This document shows, piece after piece, positions 10,218 through 21,810 of a stretch of DNA of 64,000 nucleotides. Source of the stretch: Lobosporangium transversale (Eukaryota); contig NW_019028994.1 of NCBI RefSeq assembly GCF_002105155.1, positions 62,001 to 126,000 of the forward strand, in the 5' to 3' direction. Within the stretch, counting starts at the first letter, position 1; each line of letters opens with the position of its first letter. The position numbers and the translations under genes are program-made. The notes beneath the pieces were generated by a model. It made no database searches. It had not been told where the DNA came from and saw only the letters and a program-made list of their open reading frames with translations.

Positions 10218-11702
10218 CTACTGATGAGATGGTAGTGGAGGGACTGCAGGGATATCTGAGGCGGATGGATCCAACAATACGTTCTCAGATGCCATCATGA
10301 AAGAGGATCTAGATGCAACGGAAGCAGGCCTAGTGGCTTTCGGGACAGGAGGAGGAATTGTTGCTGTTGTAGAGGTTGTTTCTGTTAATGGAGTACTAAC
10401 AACTGGCTTATTAGTTCCAGTACCCTCCAACAAACTTGAATCGTTCAACAAGTCATAAAAACCTGCAGGGGGTTGTGAAGGGCTAGGCCTTGATTGGTCC
10501 TGTTGTCCTGTCAAAGGTGGAGGAGGCATGTAGTCCTGAAAGTTATTATTGACGGGATATGTATCTGCTGTTGTTGTTGTTGACGGTGCGCCTTGATATA
10601 TTACAGGAGATGGTGATACTATTGACGAGGATACAGTGGGATGAACGCGATAGGGCGAGACATTATGGTAATTATTAGTGCTATTGTTATTATTATTGTT
10701 GTTATTATTATTATTAATGTCAATTCTTTTTGAAGATAAAGGCGAGCGTGATCCAGAGGGCGAAGATGGCTGTCGATGTATTTGTGTGCTGGTTCGAGGT
10801 TGTCGGTAGTCCTGTTGGTGATAAGTCTCTGGGACAGGTGGCGACGATGGTAAGACAGAAGTGCTAGCAGGGTAAGGAGTAATAGCCTTTTCAATGGGTG
10901 GCTTTGTATTGCTCGAGGTCACATTCTTTGGTGCCATTACTGCTTCTTGCTGCGTAAACGCGTCTGAAGAGGATGCGGTTGATTTGGGGCTGTGAGTCGT
11001 GCTACCTATTTCTTGTTTCTGTTGTTGATGTTGTTGTAATTGACGATGTTCTTGGTCTTGCTGCTCCAATTGCCCCAATGGTGGAACTTGTGAATGGTAC
11101 TCTAATGGCGACTTTTTAGCGAACCACGCCGGTTGCTTTGCCAGGCGTTGCTGCAGGAACGGTGGGTAGTGTCGCTGTTGCTGTTGAAAAAGTGCGACGT
11201 TACTTTCAGTACCATCATTATTAGCAAATCCATGTGGTATTGGGCTTTCGGAGTATTTGCGCATCATTGACAGTTGTTGATAAAGCTCCGTATCTCGAGC
11301 CTCCTGTTCACGCTTCCGTTTGGCCCTGAAGAGCAGTCCGGCTATCAATATTAGTAAAGCCACGGCCCCTGTAGCAATGCCAGCGATAAGGGCCACATTA
11401 GTTGTTGACTTTGGATTAGAGATGGAGCCGCTGCTTGATTCAGACTCATTTGAGGGGACAACAGTTATATCAGTCGTTAAAGATGTCTGGACTGGATCAA
11501 TGGATGACGTTAAATTATCTATGGAGGTTGTTAGAGTTGATGTCATGACTGGTGCAGTGTGGGTTGTGGTAACCACAATTGGAGGTTTGGGCCTAGGCTT
11601 GCGAGAAGGTGCTGGAGCCGGGACAGCAGCAACTGGATGTGACCCGGGGTAACCCTCTGTTTGAAGAGAGGTCGCACCATAGTCATGACTCTTTAGGCTC
11701 AT
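10218..11702 (-). CDS. Single-pass membrane protein with S/T/P-rich N-terminus and Q/P/S-rich cytoplasmic tail (Mid2/mucin-like architecture)
   Basis: 494-aa ORF. TM segment VALIAGIATGAVALLILIAGLLF is followed by a basic stop-transfer RAKRKR. No clear signal peptide. Confidence 0.75.
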   Translation of the reverse strand: MSLKSHDYGATSLQTEGYPGSHPVAAVPAPAPSRKPRPKPPIVVTTTHTAPVMTSTLTTSIDNLTSSIDPVQTSLTTDITVVPSNESESSSGSISNPKSTTNVALIAGIATGAVALLILIAGLLFRAKRKREQEARDTELYQQLSMMRKYSESPIPHGFANNDGTESNVALFQQQQRHYPPFLQQRLAKQPAWFAKKSPLEYHSQVPPLGQLEQQDQEHRQLQQHQQQKQEIGSTTHSPKSTASSSDAFTQQEAVMAPKNVTSSNTKPPIEKAITPYPASTSVLPSSPPVPETYHQQDYRQPRTSTQIHRQPSSPSGSRSPLSSKRIDINNNNNNNNNNNSTNNYHNVSPYRVHPTVSSSIVSPSPVIYQGAPSTTTTADTYPVNNNFQDYMPPPPLTGQQDQSRPSPSQPPAGFYDLLNDSSLLEGTGTNKPVVSTPLTETTSTTATIPPPVPKATRPASVASRSSFMMASENVLLDPSASDIPAVPPLPSHQ

Positions 11703-12080
11703 TTTTTTGTTTGTTTATGTTGTTTCTTTTTGACTAATGATGCCTATCAATGTTGCAATTGCTGTTACTATTGTAGTTACTTTGCCGCTATTATTGCTGT
11801 TACAACTGCTGGTGTTATTCGTGCTAGTCAAGCTGAGGAGGCGAAGAAGTGAGATAGAGAGATGAAAGGCGTGAGTGTACGGGAGGTTGATATTTCGGCG
11901 TAAATTTAATTATTTCCAAACAGAAATGGGATTAGTGTGCTTGTGTGGTAACTAGGATATTAGAAAGGAAAGGAAAGGACAAAAAAAAAAAAAAAAAAAA
12001 AAAAAGAATGAATAAATAAATGAAGATGAGAATGAAATGCGAATGCATAAAGAATGAAAAAAAAGGAGGGAAGGTGAAAG

Positions 12081-12115
<35 letters not shown>

Positions 12116-12852
12116 ACAACCCCGGGCATACGTGCCGCCGAGTGAAGAGTTGTTTTGTTCAAAGCAAATAAAACAAACAAAAATTCAGGCACAAAAGTGC
12201 GAAAAAAGAGATGCATGTCAATCCAAGCTTAACAAATGATGTGACACAAGTGCCTTTTTCAACATCTCCTATGCGCAGGCGAAAATGGGCTGCTGCAGTT
12301 GCTCACTCTCACTCTCATGACTCTTGTGTAAACATGTTTGATACTAACTGGCCCAATTAGATGAGGCTATTGAAACACAATAGGTAAGCTGGATACTCTA
12401 CTTGGACACTTCAATTGCACCTGAATGTTCACAAGGTGAATATATACATGTAGCATTCAACAAATAAAACAAAATGAAGGGGAGACAGCTGCAATAAAAA
12501 CTTTGGGAGACTGAACAATCATATATATATAGTATTTTCTTTATTAGTTCATAATCCTTTCTCCTTTATAGCTGCAACAATTAAAGAAAAAGTAGACTTG
12601 ATCGTCATTGCATTAAGCTTGATAAATTTAATAAATTACACATTCATGTACACGTACACATATACACATACACATTAACTTGTACATGCACATGTTGTAG
12701 TCTAAAGATTGGACATGCTCACTTTTTTCAAATGAAATCGCCTGTGCGCAGGGGAGGGAGGCTGTTGCTTACCTGGATCCATCCCTGTGTAATTTAATCA
12801 GCTTCATCCCCCCCCCCCCACTCCCCACAATCATGCACCGGATTGTTACAGC

Positions 12853-12888
<36 letters not shown>

Positions 12889-14297
12889 TTAATTGGCTCT
12901 TTAATGATTTGATAATTTAAAAAGGGTTCATGTGTCAAGCAGCAAAGCACAGCCTATAGCGTATGAGAACCTTGATGGTAAGGCCACTATTAACGCTGCA
13001 TCAAGATCTCAGATCGTAGTGTAAGGAAGTAAGAGTAATGTATACATTTACACGATTGACATAGCACGACGCGTCACGAACGACCAAACTTTTATTCCTA
13101 TCATTGAATCTTTGAAACAAGTGCGTTTCAGTTTTAATCACATGATACATCATTGCGCCACTCATTTGAAATGGATTTCCAGGGCAGTGGTTTCAGCCTT
13201 TTTATTTTTTTTATTTTTTTTTTTAATCTGTGTAATAATGTCATGAAGCAATGCGCATCATGCTGTTACAAGAAGAGGAAATGGAAAAGAGTCGTGTTGT
13301 TTTCAAGAACGAGAATTTTTTTTTTATTTATTTTATTTTTGTTGCAGAGTATGGAATGACAGTTGGTTAAAAAAAGATTGCTTACTGTGTAATGTAAAGT
13401 TTAATACATCAAAAACTTTGGGGAGAACGCGCATTTTGTGTTAGTAACAAGAAATTCAAAAGAATGCAGCCAAACTCAAATCACTTTTTTTGCACAAAAC
13501 CCAGCATTTCAGCCAATTCCGTATCCCAACCTACCTGTCTTTTGGAAGTGAGTGTGGACACATTGCTGTTCGCATGAATATGAAGAAAAGAAGAAGAGGA
13601 AAAAAAAGGCAGTAATGACACTATACATTTTTTTTACTGTTCTCGCAAATTCGCATTACTATCCTCGCAAGAAATGTTTGTCAATCATATTGATCTTATT
13701 GATCACATTGATGGATAGGAGATAAAGACGAAGAAGGAGGGGTGAATCGGGGATGAGGGGGAAGGATGCTTCGTATTCGCGATATTCCGTTTATTTTTTG
13801 AACCTATAATAAATTGGAACGAGATGACCCCGTATGCTGTGCTGTCGAATGTAAATAAGGATCCTTCTTGTAATGAGTTTCTCTTATTTGACAAGATCGT
13901 TAAGGAATTTAGGGGCCGAATATATATTTTTATACTTAAACTAACACATCTTTTTGGGGAGTTTTTTTTTTTTTTTTTTTTTTTTTCGTTCTTTTCCTAC
14001 TCCTTCACTTCCTTTCTTTCTTTCTTTCTTTCTTTCTTTTCACTTTTCTTGCCTCCTCACTTGTTCTCTTTTCTCTTTGCATAGGTTGTTTTCAATCTAT
14101 GCTCCTTGGATCACACATTTCCTCACCCTCTCCTTTCTCATTCACCTCCGAGGACGTGGCACGGTCAATTTGAACAACAAAAAGAATTTTCTTTACTTTT
14201 TGAGGATATCTGCTTCGCCGATTGTTTTAAATAATTTTTTTTGATATCCCCGACGACTTTCTTGATCAAAGAGATCAAAAGGAAAAAAATACACACA

Positions 14298-16148
14298 ATG
14301 CTGAACTCGTTCTTCGATTCCCTTTCAGAGGCCGCGTCTTTCCCAGTGGACCAGGTCCGATGTTTGACAGCATTGCTGTTGGCCTATCCCTTGGCTTTTG
14401 CGTTCCGTCTGTTACCTGCCAACAACCCCAATCTCAAACATATAGCCTCAGTTCTGACCTCATTCTTCCTCATTGTTGTCATTGTCGATGATCTGGTCGG
14501 ACTGATGCATTTGCTCGGATCAAGTATTGCTGTCTGGCGGATCATGGGCTCTGTCAAGGGCAAATGGGGTCCCAGGATTGTCTTTATCGGTGTAATGATC
14601 CACATGAGTGTGAGGTAAGAAAAAAAAGGAAACATTGCACCGTTACTTCGTTTATTTGTAACGATAATTAAAAAAAAAAAAAAAAAAAAAAAAACTCTTG
14701 ATTGATCAATGCCATCACTTTCTTTCTTTTCTTTGTTTGTTTGTTTGTTTGTTTGTTCGTTTATAAATGGCTGTGCCTGATCAGCCATTTAATGCGACAG
14801 ATTACTGACTACCGCGGCTACAAGTTGGACCATACCGGACCACAAATGATCCTTACAATGAAACTTACCTCTTGGGCTTTTAACGTCCATGATGGCCGTC
14901 GCAATCCCAAGGTAACAATCAACAGCAACAAGATGCACCTGTATTGCAACGTTGTCATTGTCATTACCATCAATCCATCCTCATCCCATCATTAACAAAT
15001 ATCTCTCCTTTTTTTTTCTTTTCCTTCCTTCCCTCCTCCCTTATAAGGAGTTGAGCCGATACCAGCAAGAACATGCTATAACAACATTCCCATCCCTTCT
15101 CCACTACTTGAGCTACGTTTTCTTCTTCCCCAGTGTCCTTGTCGGCCCTACATTCGAGTACATGGATTACATCCGTTTCATCGAACTCTCTCAGTTCCGG
15201 GATTCCAGGACTGGAAAGATTCATTGGCCTGCTGGCAGGGTCAAGGCCTCAATGAAATGCTTCTTGTTCGCCTTGGTTGCTCTCGCCTCTTTAGCGGTCC
15301 TTGCTCCTAAAATGGATGCCAGCTGGACGGTTGAACCCGAATGGAAGGCCTTGCCCTATCTGTTGCGTCTTGGCTATGTTCAGTTGGCTGCATTTAGCGC
15401 TCGCTTCAAATACTATGCTGTCTGGAAGATGGCAGAAGGCGCTTGTGCTTTGGCTGGATTTGGTTATAATGGTGTGGACCCAAAGACAGGAGAACAGCGA
15501 TGGGATGCAACCTCCAACGTTGATGTGTGGGCATACGAGTCTGGTGAGAGTTTGAAGGAACAGCTGGATGCTTGGAACAAGGGCACGAACCTTTGGTTGA
15601 AACACTACGTGTACTTTAGAGTGATGAAACCCGGTGGAAAACCAGGGGCGTTCGAGACTTTCTCTACATTTGCTATCAGCGCATTATGGCATGGGTTCTA
15701 CCCCGGCTATTACCTCACATTCATGTCCTCTGCTTTCGCATTGACAGCTGCAAAGATCTTGAGGAAACATCTTCGCCCACGTGTTATTTCAGCCACTGGA
15801 CAACCTCCTGCATGGTACAACTTTATGGGAACTCTCCTGTCACAGTTCTCGATGAATTTCCTGACCATGCCATTCTTGCTCTTGACATTCAAGGACAGTA
15901 TTGAGGTCTGGAAGGATTTGTATTTTATAGTTCACATCGGTTCCATTGCTGTCGTATTCCTTATCCCTGTTCTCTTCCCATCCAAGCGGAAATCCAACAA
16001 GGAACAGCAACAACAAGAAGAAAAGTCAGGGATTAATAAGATCAAGGAAGTTGCTCACCTCGTTGCCGAAGAGGCCTCAACAGAGTCCGTAGAGGCCGTG
16101 ACTGAGATCCTGAGCGTTTCCAGTAGCACTAAACTCAAGACCTACTAA
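14298..16148 (+). CDS. ALE1: MBOAT lysophospholipid acyltransferase (Ale1/LPCAT type)
   Basis: Exons 14298-14614, 14785-14911 and 15048-16148. Motifs DHTGPQMILTMKL, LVGP, RFKYYAVW, AWNKGTNLWLKHYVY and SALWHGFYPGYY (catalytic His). C-terminal KLKTY is a KxKxx ER-retrieval signal. Confidence 0.95.
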
Positions 16149-16533
16149 AAAAAGGGAAAAAAAAAAAAAAAAAAAAAAAAAAATAGTCATTGTATAAAGT
16201 ATTTCATACAAAAGACATTCTAAACAGCAACATTGCATATTAAAAAGTTTATGATGTGAGTGTAAAATATATATACAGGACCTTCAAAGATGAAACAAAA
16301 AGCTAAGCTCGCCAGACAACTCCTCTTCATGTAATAATAATAACAACAATAGTAATAAATATCCAAGTCAAGAAGTGCTAAATAAAAAAATATATATATT
16401 ATATTTATTATACAATTACAAAAAGAATGAAAATGAGAGACTGCAAGGATTTATACCGACAGCAGCAGTAGCAAAAAGTCAATATAGATCCTGAACGAAC
16501 AAGAAACCATATGAAATCTGGCAACCTTGGCTC

Positions 16534-16565
<32 letters not shown>

Positions 16566-16574
16566 CCTATTTTT

Positions 16575-17950
16575 TCAAGTAAGGTAATGAACGATGGCCC
16601 ACATGGCGAGCAAGGTGATAATGACACCAGCATAAAATATCCATTTATCCTCTGCGCTCCTGCGTTCGATCAACTGTATCACATTGCGAGACAGACCAAG
16701 GGTATTGGCAGCATCCAATATCTTGCGTTGCGTTGACTATTCGATCAGTTGTAAAATAAATGAATAAGGTTCCCAATATGTCAGTTATCAATGCTTCCAA
16801 AAATAAAAAAAACTCATCAGTCATTTCTTTATGTGGATAAAAAAAAAAAGGCTTACTTTAAGCATCGGTCGCTGTTGATAGAGATCGTCAAGCACATCTT
16901 TTCCTTGTTGCAGCATGTCGTCCAAAACTGAGCTTGTCTTTTGAGCAAAATCTCGCTCTCTGATAGCATGAGCCTGCTGCAGATAAGGCGATACTGATGC
17001 TGTTTGGTATGGGTGTTCCACTGCCCGTGAGTGTCTTCTCTCCAGCAACTGCGAACGATTCCTAGCATGCGACGCCTACATATATATACATATACATGCA
17101 CATAAAAAGGGTATATACAATATCAACATAACAAAATAGTCAGTCAAAATGCTCAATTTTCGACTTGGATTGTTGAAAAAAAGGCCGATGATAATGATGA
17201 GCTCAGAAAAAAGAAATAGCCTTGGACATCTCCGAACGACATATTACCTGCTCTTCTCGATTCTTTAGTTGCGCGAAGCTTTTGTTGATAGAGTCATAGT
17301 CTTCTCTAAACTTTGTAACACGTCTAAGGAAAGAGAAGAAGTAATAATAGTAATCTTCTTTTTGTTAGAATCTGATCTGATACGCCTGCAAAAAAGTTAA
17401 AAATCTGAATTATTTGAGCAAATACATACGCAAACGCTTTTTCTCGCTTGGCATCAATCATCTCCTTCTTGGCCATAGCATCATAATCATCAATCGATCG
17501 CTTGAAGGCATTGACGGTAGCAGCAATCTGGCCTAAATAAAAAAAAAAAAAAAAAAAGAAATTATTAGGATACAATAGATCTTTTTTAAGAGTAAAGTTG
17601 TCCATTTTAAATTGTGAACGGTGTGTCTATTCGTATTCGCCCAAAAGAATTATTCCAAAAATAAAAATACAAAAAAAAAACCGTCTGTCATTGTCAACGT
17701 GGCAGTAAATTCTTCCGGCTGTTAACTTCTTCCCCTCCACCCTCGATTTGGGCTGGAGCTTCTTTGATACTGGATAAACACAATGTTTGCAAGTTTTGTC
17801 AACGTGTCAAGTTCGAAACTATGTTGCCATGCCGTGCTTTTTTTTTTTTTTTTTTTTTTTTTTTTTCCTCTTAGCAAAAAGGATGTCTCGGACAAGATGG
17901 TTCCAAGCTTACTCTCCTGAGTATTTGGTGCTTAACATTCCTGATGGCGG

Positions 17951-17986
<36 letters not shown>

Positions 17987-18195
17987 GTGAAATAATAATA
18001 CATCATTGTTGAATAATGCTTTGCTTAGCTTTGTTCTGCTTTGTCTTCGAAGGGTGTAAAAAAAAAAGGGAGTCTTTTTTTTTTCTTCTTCTTACCCTGA
18101 AGAGCTACACTGGTGTCTTCGCCAGACTGAAACTTTTCGAGGTCCCGTTGTAGAGCGTTGACCTGCTTCAATGCATGATTGTAGAGTGAATTCAT
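16575..18195 (-). CDS. BOS1: Qb-SNARE Bos1/membrin (GOSR2 family)
   Basis: Five exons. Exon 1 is 18195-18096 (MNSLYNHALKQ...LQG) and exon 2 starts at 17532. The last exon is STQRKILDAANTLGLSRNVIQLIERRSAEDKWIFYAGVIITLLAMWAIVHYLT*, with the NTLGLS-IERR-DKWIF signature and a tail anchor. Confidence 0.93.
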
Positions 18196-19035
18196 TGGTG
18201 CTAAATAGTATCCTTGTAATTCCTTTCCTGACAATGAGTGTTTAATGAAAGAAAGAGAGAATGAGGTGTAAGAGCATGACACAGTTGAGGAACAATGTAA
18301 TGACAGAAATGAAGACAGAAGGATGAGCAAAGTGGAGTGGGCTCGAAGCTGCTGTGGATATCAGTCACGTGTATCACGTGGAATAAGCGAACGAACATTC
18401 CTCAATGCTTTTTCTAGGACAAAGGATAAATAAATAATGTATGCTGCACGCGTATTATATTTTTTGATTACTATTATTCCTCACAATGGACATTGTCTAT
18501 GAGATCAAATGACATCTAGCCTGTAGAAATATCTATGACTATCTTGAATGAAACGACGCGTCTTTAGTATATAATGTCTTTAGCTCAGGCTGTGCGAGAG
18601 AAAAATAAAAAAAATTAAAATAAAATGCCGAGAGATTTGATTTAGCCAATGGGTAAATGGTAAATGAGAAATGGGGGAAAAGGGTAACAAAAACATTACA
18701 AAAAAGTCAAAAAAAGTCGCATAACTGCTCACAGCTCTTATGCAACTGTTTAATTGTTTAATTGTTTATTAGTTCCAGTATCCAACTCTATCGTCCCAAA
18801 ATGGGAATTTCTGATATTTTGTCCTCCTCCGCACATCATACTTTAAAAACGCGACCCTTTTCCCCCCTCTTCCTCCTTCTTCTCCCATCATTATCCCCTC
18901 TACATTTCAAAAAATAAATATACGTATATATATACACACGCACACACTTGCATCCATACTTTTTTTAATCCCTAATTCTTCTTTTACTTTGCCTTCTTGT
19001 TCATTAACACAAAAAAAGAAAGAAAGAAAAAGACA

Positions 19036-20547
19036 ATGTCTGCAAGTCCAATAGCACGAATAGTCTCGATCGCAAACGCAGCTAGGTTGGCTCGCGTTCT
19101 ATCCAACCGTGCTTTTACCACTGCCAGCAAAGCCAGTTTCGCGCCTTCAAGTTCCCCTCTCCGCAGAGCTATCAATGCCTCTGCTCACTCTTCGCTTCGA
19201 AATGAATCCATCAGCAACCGATTCAATTTCAATCGGTTGACTGCTCAGCAGCAGCAGAAGCAGCAAGTATCGTCCTCAAGGCTCTTCTCCTCCTATGCTT
19301 CAGCTCTTAAACACACCAGTACCACCACCAACTCAACTTTGCCATTATTCTCCACAAAGAATACTGCTATGGCATCCTCTCCATATCTTCAAGGCCAAGC
19401 CATCCGTGGGTTCTGTAAAAAAGCGTGGCGTAACGAATTCGAGTCGAAACACCAAGCTGGATATGACTATTGGAATAGCCTTTACGGCGCTCATGGCCAT
19501 GATTACCGTCGTGGTCGTGGCTGGCATGGTTGGGGCCAAAACCTGCATGATTATCACAAGCACATCCGGAGGTTCCATCGTCATCATATGCACTATCATC
19601 GTCGCCGCCCTATGCGCTTCGTCTTCCGTATGATGGCCCTATCCACCTTATTCGTGGCTGTCCCTGCTATCGTCGTATTTGACGCCCCTTATAGGACCTT
19701 GGCTGTCGTTCCATTGACTGTCTTTGGTACCGGTGCAGTGCTTATACTAGCGGGTCGATTGCTTTATGTTGCACTCCCCATCTTGGCCATCGGTGGCGCC
19801 ACAGCCTTTTGGGTCACCACCATGCCAGCTGCTAGCACCGTGAAGGATCTACAAAAGATCTTGAAGCGTGATGAGAAGGGAGGCCAATACTCTACTGCTT
19901 TAGGCGCTTTGGGTTCAGAGTGGGAAATCCAACGAGCTCAGCCCAACGAATGGTTCCGATGGACATTCCCTGAATCCGGTGATAAGAAGCAGCTTGATAA
20001 GGTTGATATCCGTATCGCTGTTTTTGATCCCAATGATTATAGTGACCGTAAAGCCAGGGCCATGCGTTTCTTGGACAAATTCCAGGGCCATGATGACTTG
20101 GACGCTACGGAGGATATGAGGCATCATTGGAAAAAGAATAAGAAGTACGAAGATAACTGTGAGATCCTGAAAAGCCTCCAAGTCAAGCGTGAGGGTGATC
20201 AGTTTGTGATCAAGATGGAGGAAGATGGAGAGAAAGTCATGGAACATCCGTTGGCCAAGAAGTATTTGGCACTCGGACGTATTGTTGACAGAGCCGCCAA
20301 GGAGATGGAGGCTTCCCAACCAGGTCTTAAGCTGGGTGAGCAGGTCGTCTTGGTTCACAAGAATAAGAAACATGAAGACTCGTTCTGGAACCGCTGGTCT
20401 CCCTATGGCGATCTGTCGCTCCGTATCCCTTTTAACCGTACCTGGATTAATGATCTGGATGATTTTGAGACCAAGGATTGTATGCGGTTCAAGTTAAATA
20501 CATGTCAGGAATATGCAATTTATTTATTTATTTATTTTTTATTGTAG
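19036..20547 (+). CDS. Uncharacterised, probably mitochondrial membrane protein with His/Arg-rich segment
   Basis: Long ORF from ATG 19036. Acid-free R/S/A-rich presequence (MSASPIARIVSIANAARLARVLSNRAFTT), His-rich block, hydrophobic segments and a charged C-terminal domain. The 3' end may be spliced (GTATGC near 20480). Confidence 0.75.
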   Translation: MSASPIARIVSIANAARLARVLSNRAFTTASKASFAPSSSPLRRAINASAHSSLRNESISNRFNFNRLTAQQQQKQQVSSSRLFSSYASALKHTSTTTNSTLPLFSTKNTAMASSPYLQGQAIRGFCKKAWRNEFESKHQAGYDYWNSLYGAHGHDYRRGRGWHGWGQNLHDYHKHIRRFHRHHMHYHRRRPMRFVFRMMALSTLFVAVPAIVVFDAPYRTLAVVPLTVFGTGAVLILAGRLLYVALPILAIGGATAFWVTTMPAASTVKDLQKILKRDEKGGQYSTALGALGSEWEIQRAQPNEWFRWTFPESGDKKQLDKVDIRIAVFDPNDYSDRKARAMRFLDKFQGHDDLDATEDMRHHWKKNKKYEDNCEILKSLQVKREGDQFVIKMEEDGEKVMEHPLAKKYLALGRIVDRAAKEMEASQPGLKLGEQVVLVHKNKKHEDSFWNRWSPYGDLSLRIPFNRTWINDLDDFETKDCMRFKLNTCQEYAIYLFIYFLL

Positions 20548-20619
20548 CCATGTCCAAATGTACAAGAAAGTTAAAAAGAAGGATGAGATTCTAAAGAAAA
20601 AAAAAACAAAATTGACCAA

Positions 20620-20654
<35 letters not shown>

Positions 20655-20811
20655 AGAGAAAAATGACTAGAGTAGATTATATGGATAACATCGTCATGTT
20701 GCTGAGAAACAACAAAATACCCCGTGAATCGGATGGTGGCGTCAGTATTCAATAATAACTTCCCCTCCTTCTCCCAGCTTTTTTTTTTTTTTTTTTTCCT
20801 GTTGTTACTGC

Positions 20812-20863
20812 TGTAGTAGCAGTCGTAGTCACTGTTGTAGTAGCAGTCGTAGTCACTGTTGTA
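20812..20863. repeat. 24-bp tandem duplication followed by (GTA/GTG)n microsatellite
   Basis: TGTAGTAGCAGTCGTAGTCACTGT occurs twice plus a partial copy, between convergent 3' ends. Confidence 0.7.
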
Positions 20864-20975
20864 GCTACTACTGTAGTAGTGGTAGTAGTAGTAGTGGTAG
20901 TAGTGGTTGTTGTTGTTTTAATGATAATGAGGAGGAAAGGAGTTATATCATCTGCGTATGGTAGAAAGAAAAATC

Positions 20976-21002
<27 letters not shown>

Positions 21003-21008
<6 letters not shown>

Positions 21009-21316
21009 ATTCTTTGGTTGACTCTCCAACAATTGACGTTCCTCCTTGCGCTTCTTATCATAATACATGCCTCCACCCAAGAGTGCTGCTATCGTAAAGA
21101 ACTGGAAGCCTACACGGGCCCTGAACATGTGTTGAGCAAACTCACGACGACCTGTCCTGACACCATAACTAGCTCCCAAAAACGCTGCGATGGTCAAACC
21201 AACACCTATTTGTTTTTTTTTAAAAAAAAAAGACGAGGAGAAACATTTGTCAGCCAATGTTTGGAATGGAGTTTTATGCCTCTTATGCATAGCTCTTATT
21301 ATTTTTTCTTCACTCA

Positions 21317-21358
<42 letters not shown>

Positions 21359-21461
21359 CATTTGACTTGCCTGCACTGACAGCCTTGTTCTCACGGAACA
21401 TTCGTTTGACTTTTTCCAAGGCAGTCTCGGTTTCCTCATCGTAATAATGATCGTCTGACAT
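21003..21461 (-). CDS. HIG1-domain respiratory supercomplex factor (Rcf1/HIGD-like)
   Basis: Exons 21461-21371 and 21205-21003. Product ETALEKVKRMFRENKAVSAGVGLTIAAFLGASYGVRTGRREFAQHMFRARVGFQFFTIAALLGG carries the QxxxRxRxxxQ HIG1 motif. The intron is GC-AG. Confidence 0.88.
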
Positions 21462-21810
21462 GGTGTTTTTATGAATGAACAGTTTGAAGACAAAGTAGAG
21501 AAAAAGAAACAAAAAAGTTATGTGTGTGGTTGCTGCGTGTGTGGAGAAAGAGATAGAGAGGGAGAGTCTTTTTCCTTCGGGAAAAATTGTATTACAAAAA
21601 CACTTGCGTCCGGCACTTTTTCATTATTAAACCCTTCGCAGTCACGTGGCTGGATCCAGTTCCGCGCACACGCTTTTTCGCACGAATAAAATGATTTTTA
21701 TTTCCAATGGATCAAAAGCACTTTGACATATACATCTATATACAAACTATAAACAAAAAAGCAAAAGAGTGTAGAGAAGAGGACAGAAAGGGTGCGAGAG
21801 AGAAGCCGAT

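Noticed and set aside
12268..12752. Imperfect inverted pair CCTATGCGCAGGCGA / TCGCCTGTGCGCAGG as possible MITE ends
   Set aside because: Several mismatches, no TSD identified and no second copy in the window.
12765..12775. CTTACCTGG resembling the U1 snRNA 5' end
   Set aside because: Downstream sequence lacks U1 stem-loops and the Sm site.
12965..13064. Two adjacent hairpins followed by ACA, resembling an H/ACA snoRNA
   Set aside because: There is no ANANNA H box in the hinge and the stems are short. An Infernal/Rfam search would be needed to rescue it.
18208..18215. GTATCCTT U12-type donor-like sequences (also near 9758 and 28382)
   Set aside because: All are on the strand opposite to the overlapping or adjacent gene, and none coincides with an inferred junction.
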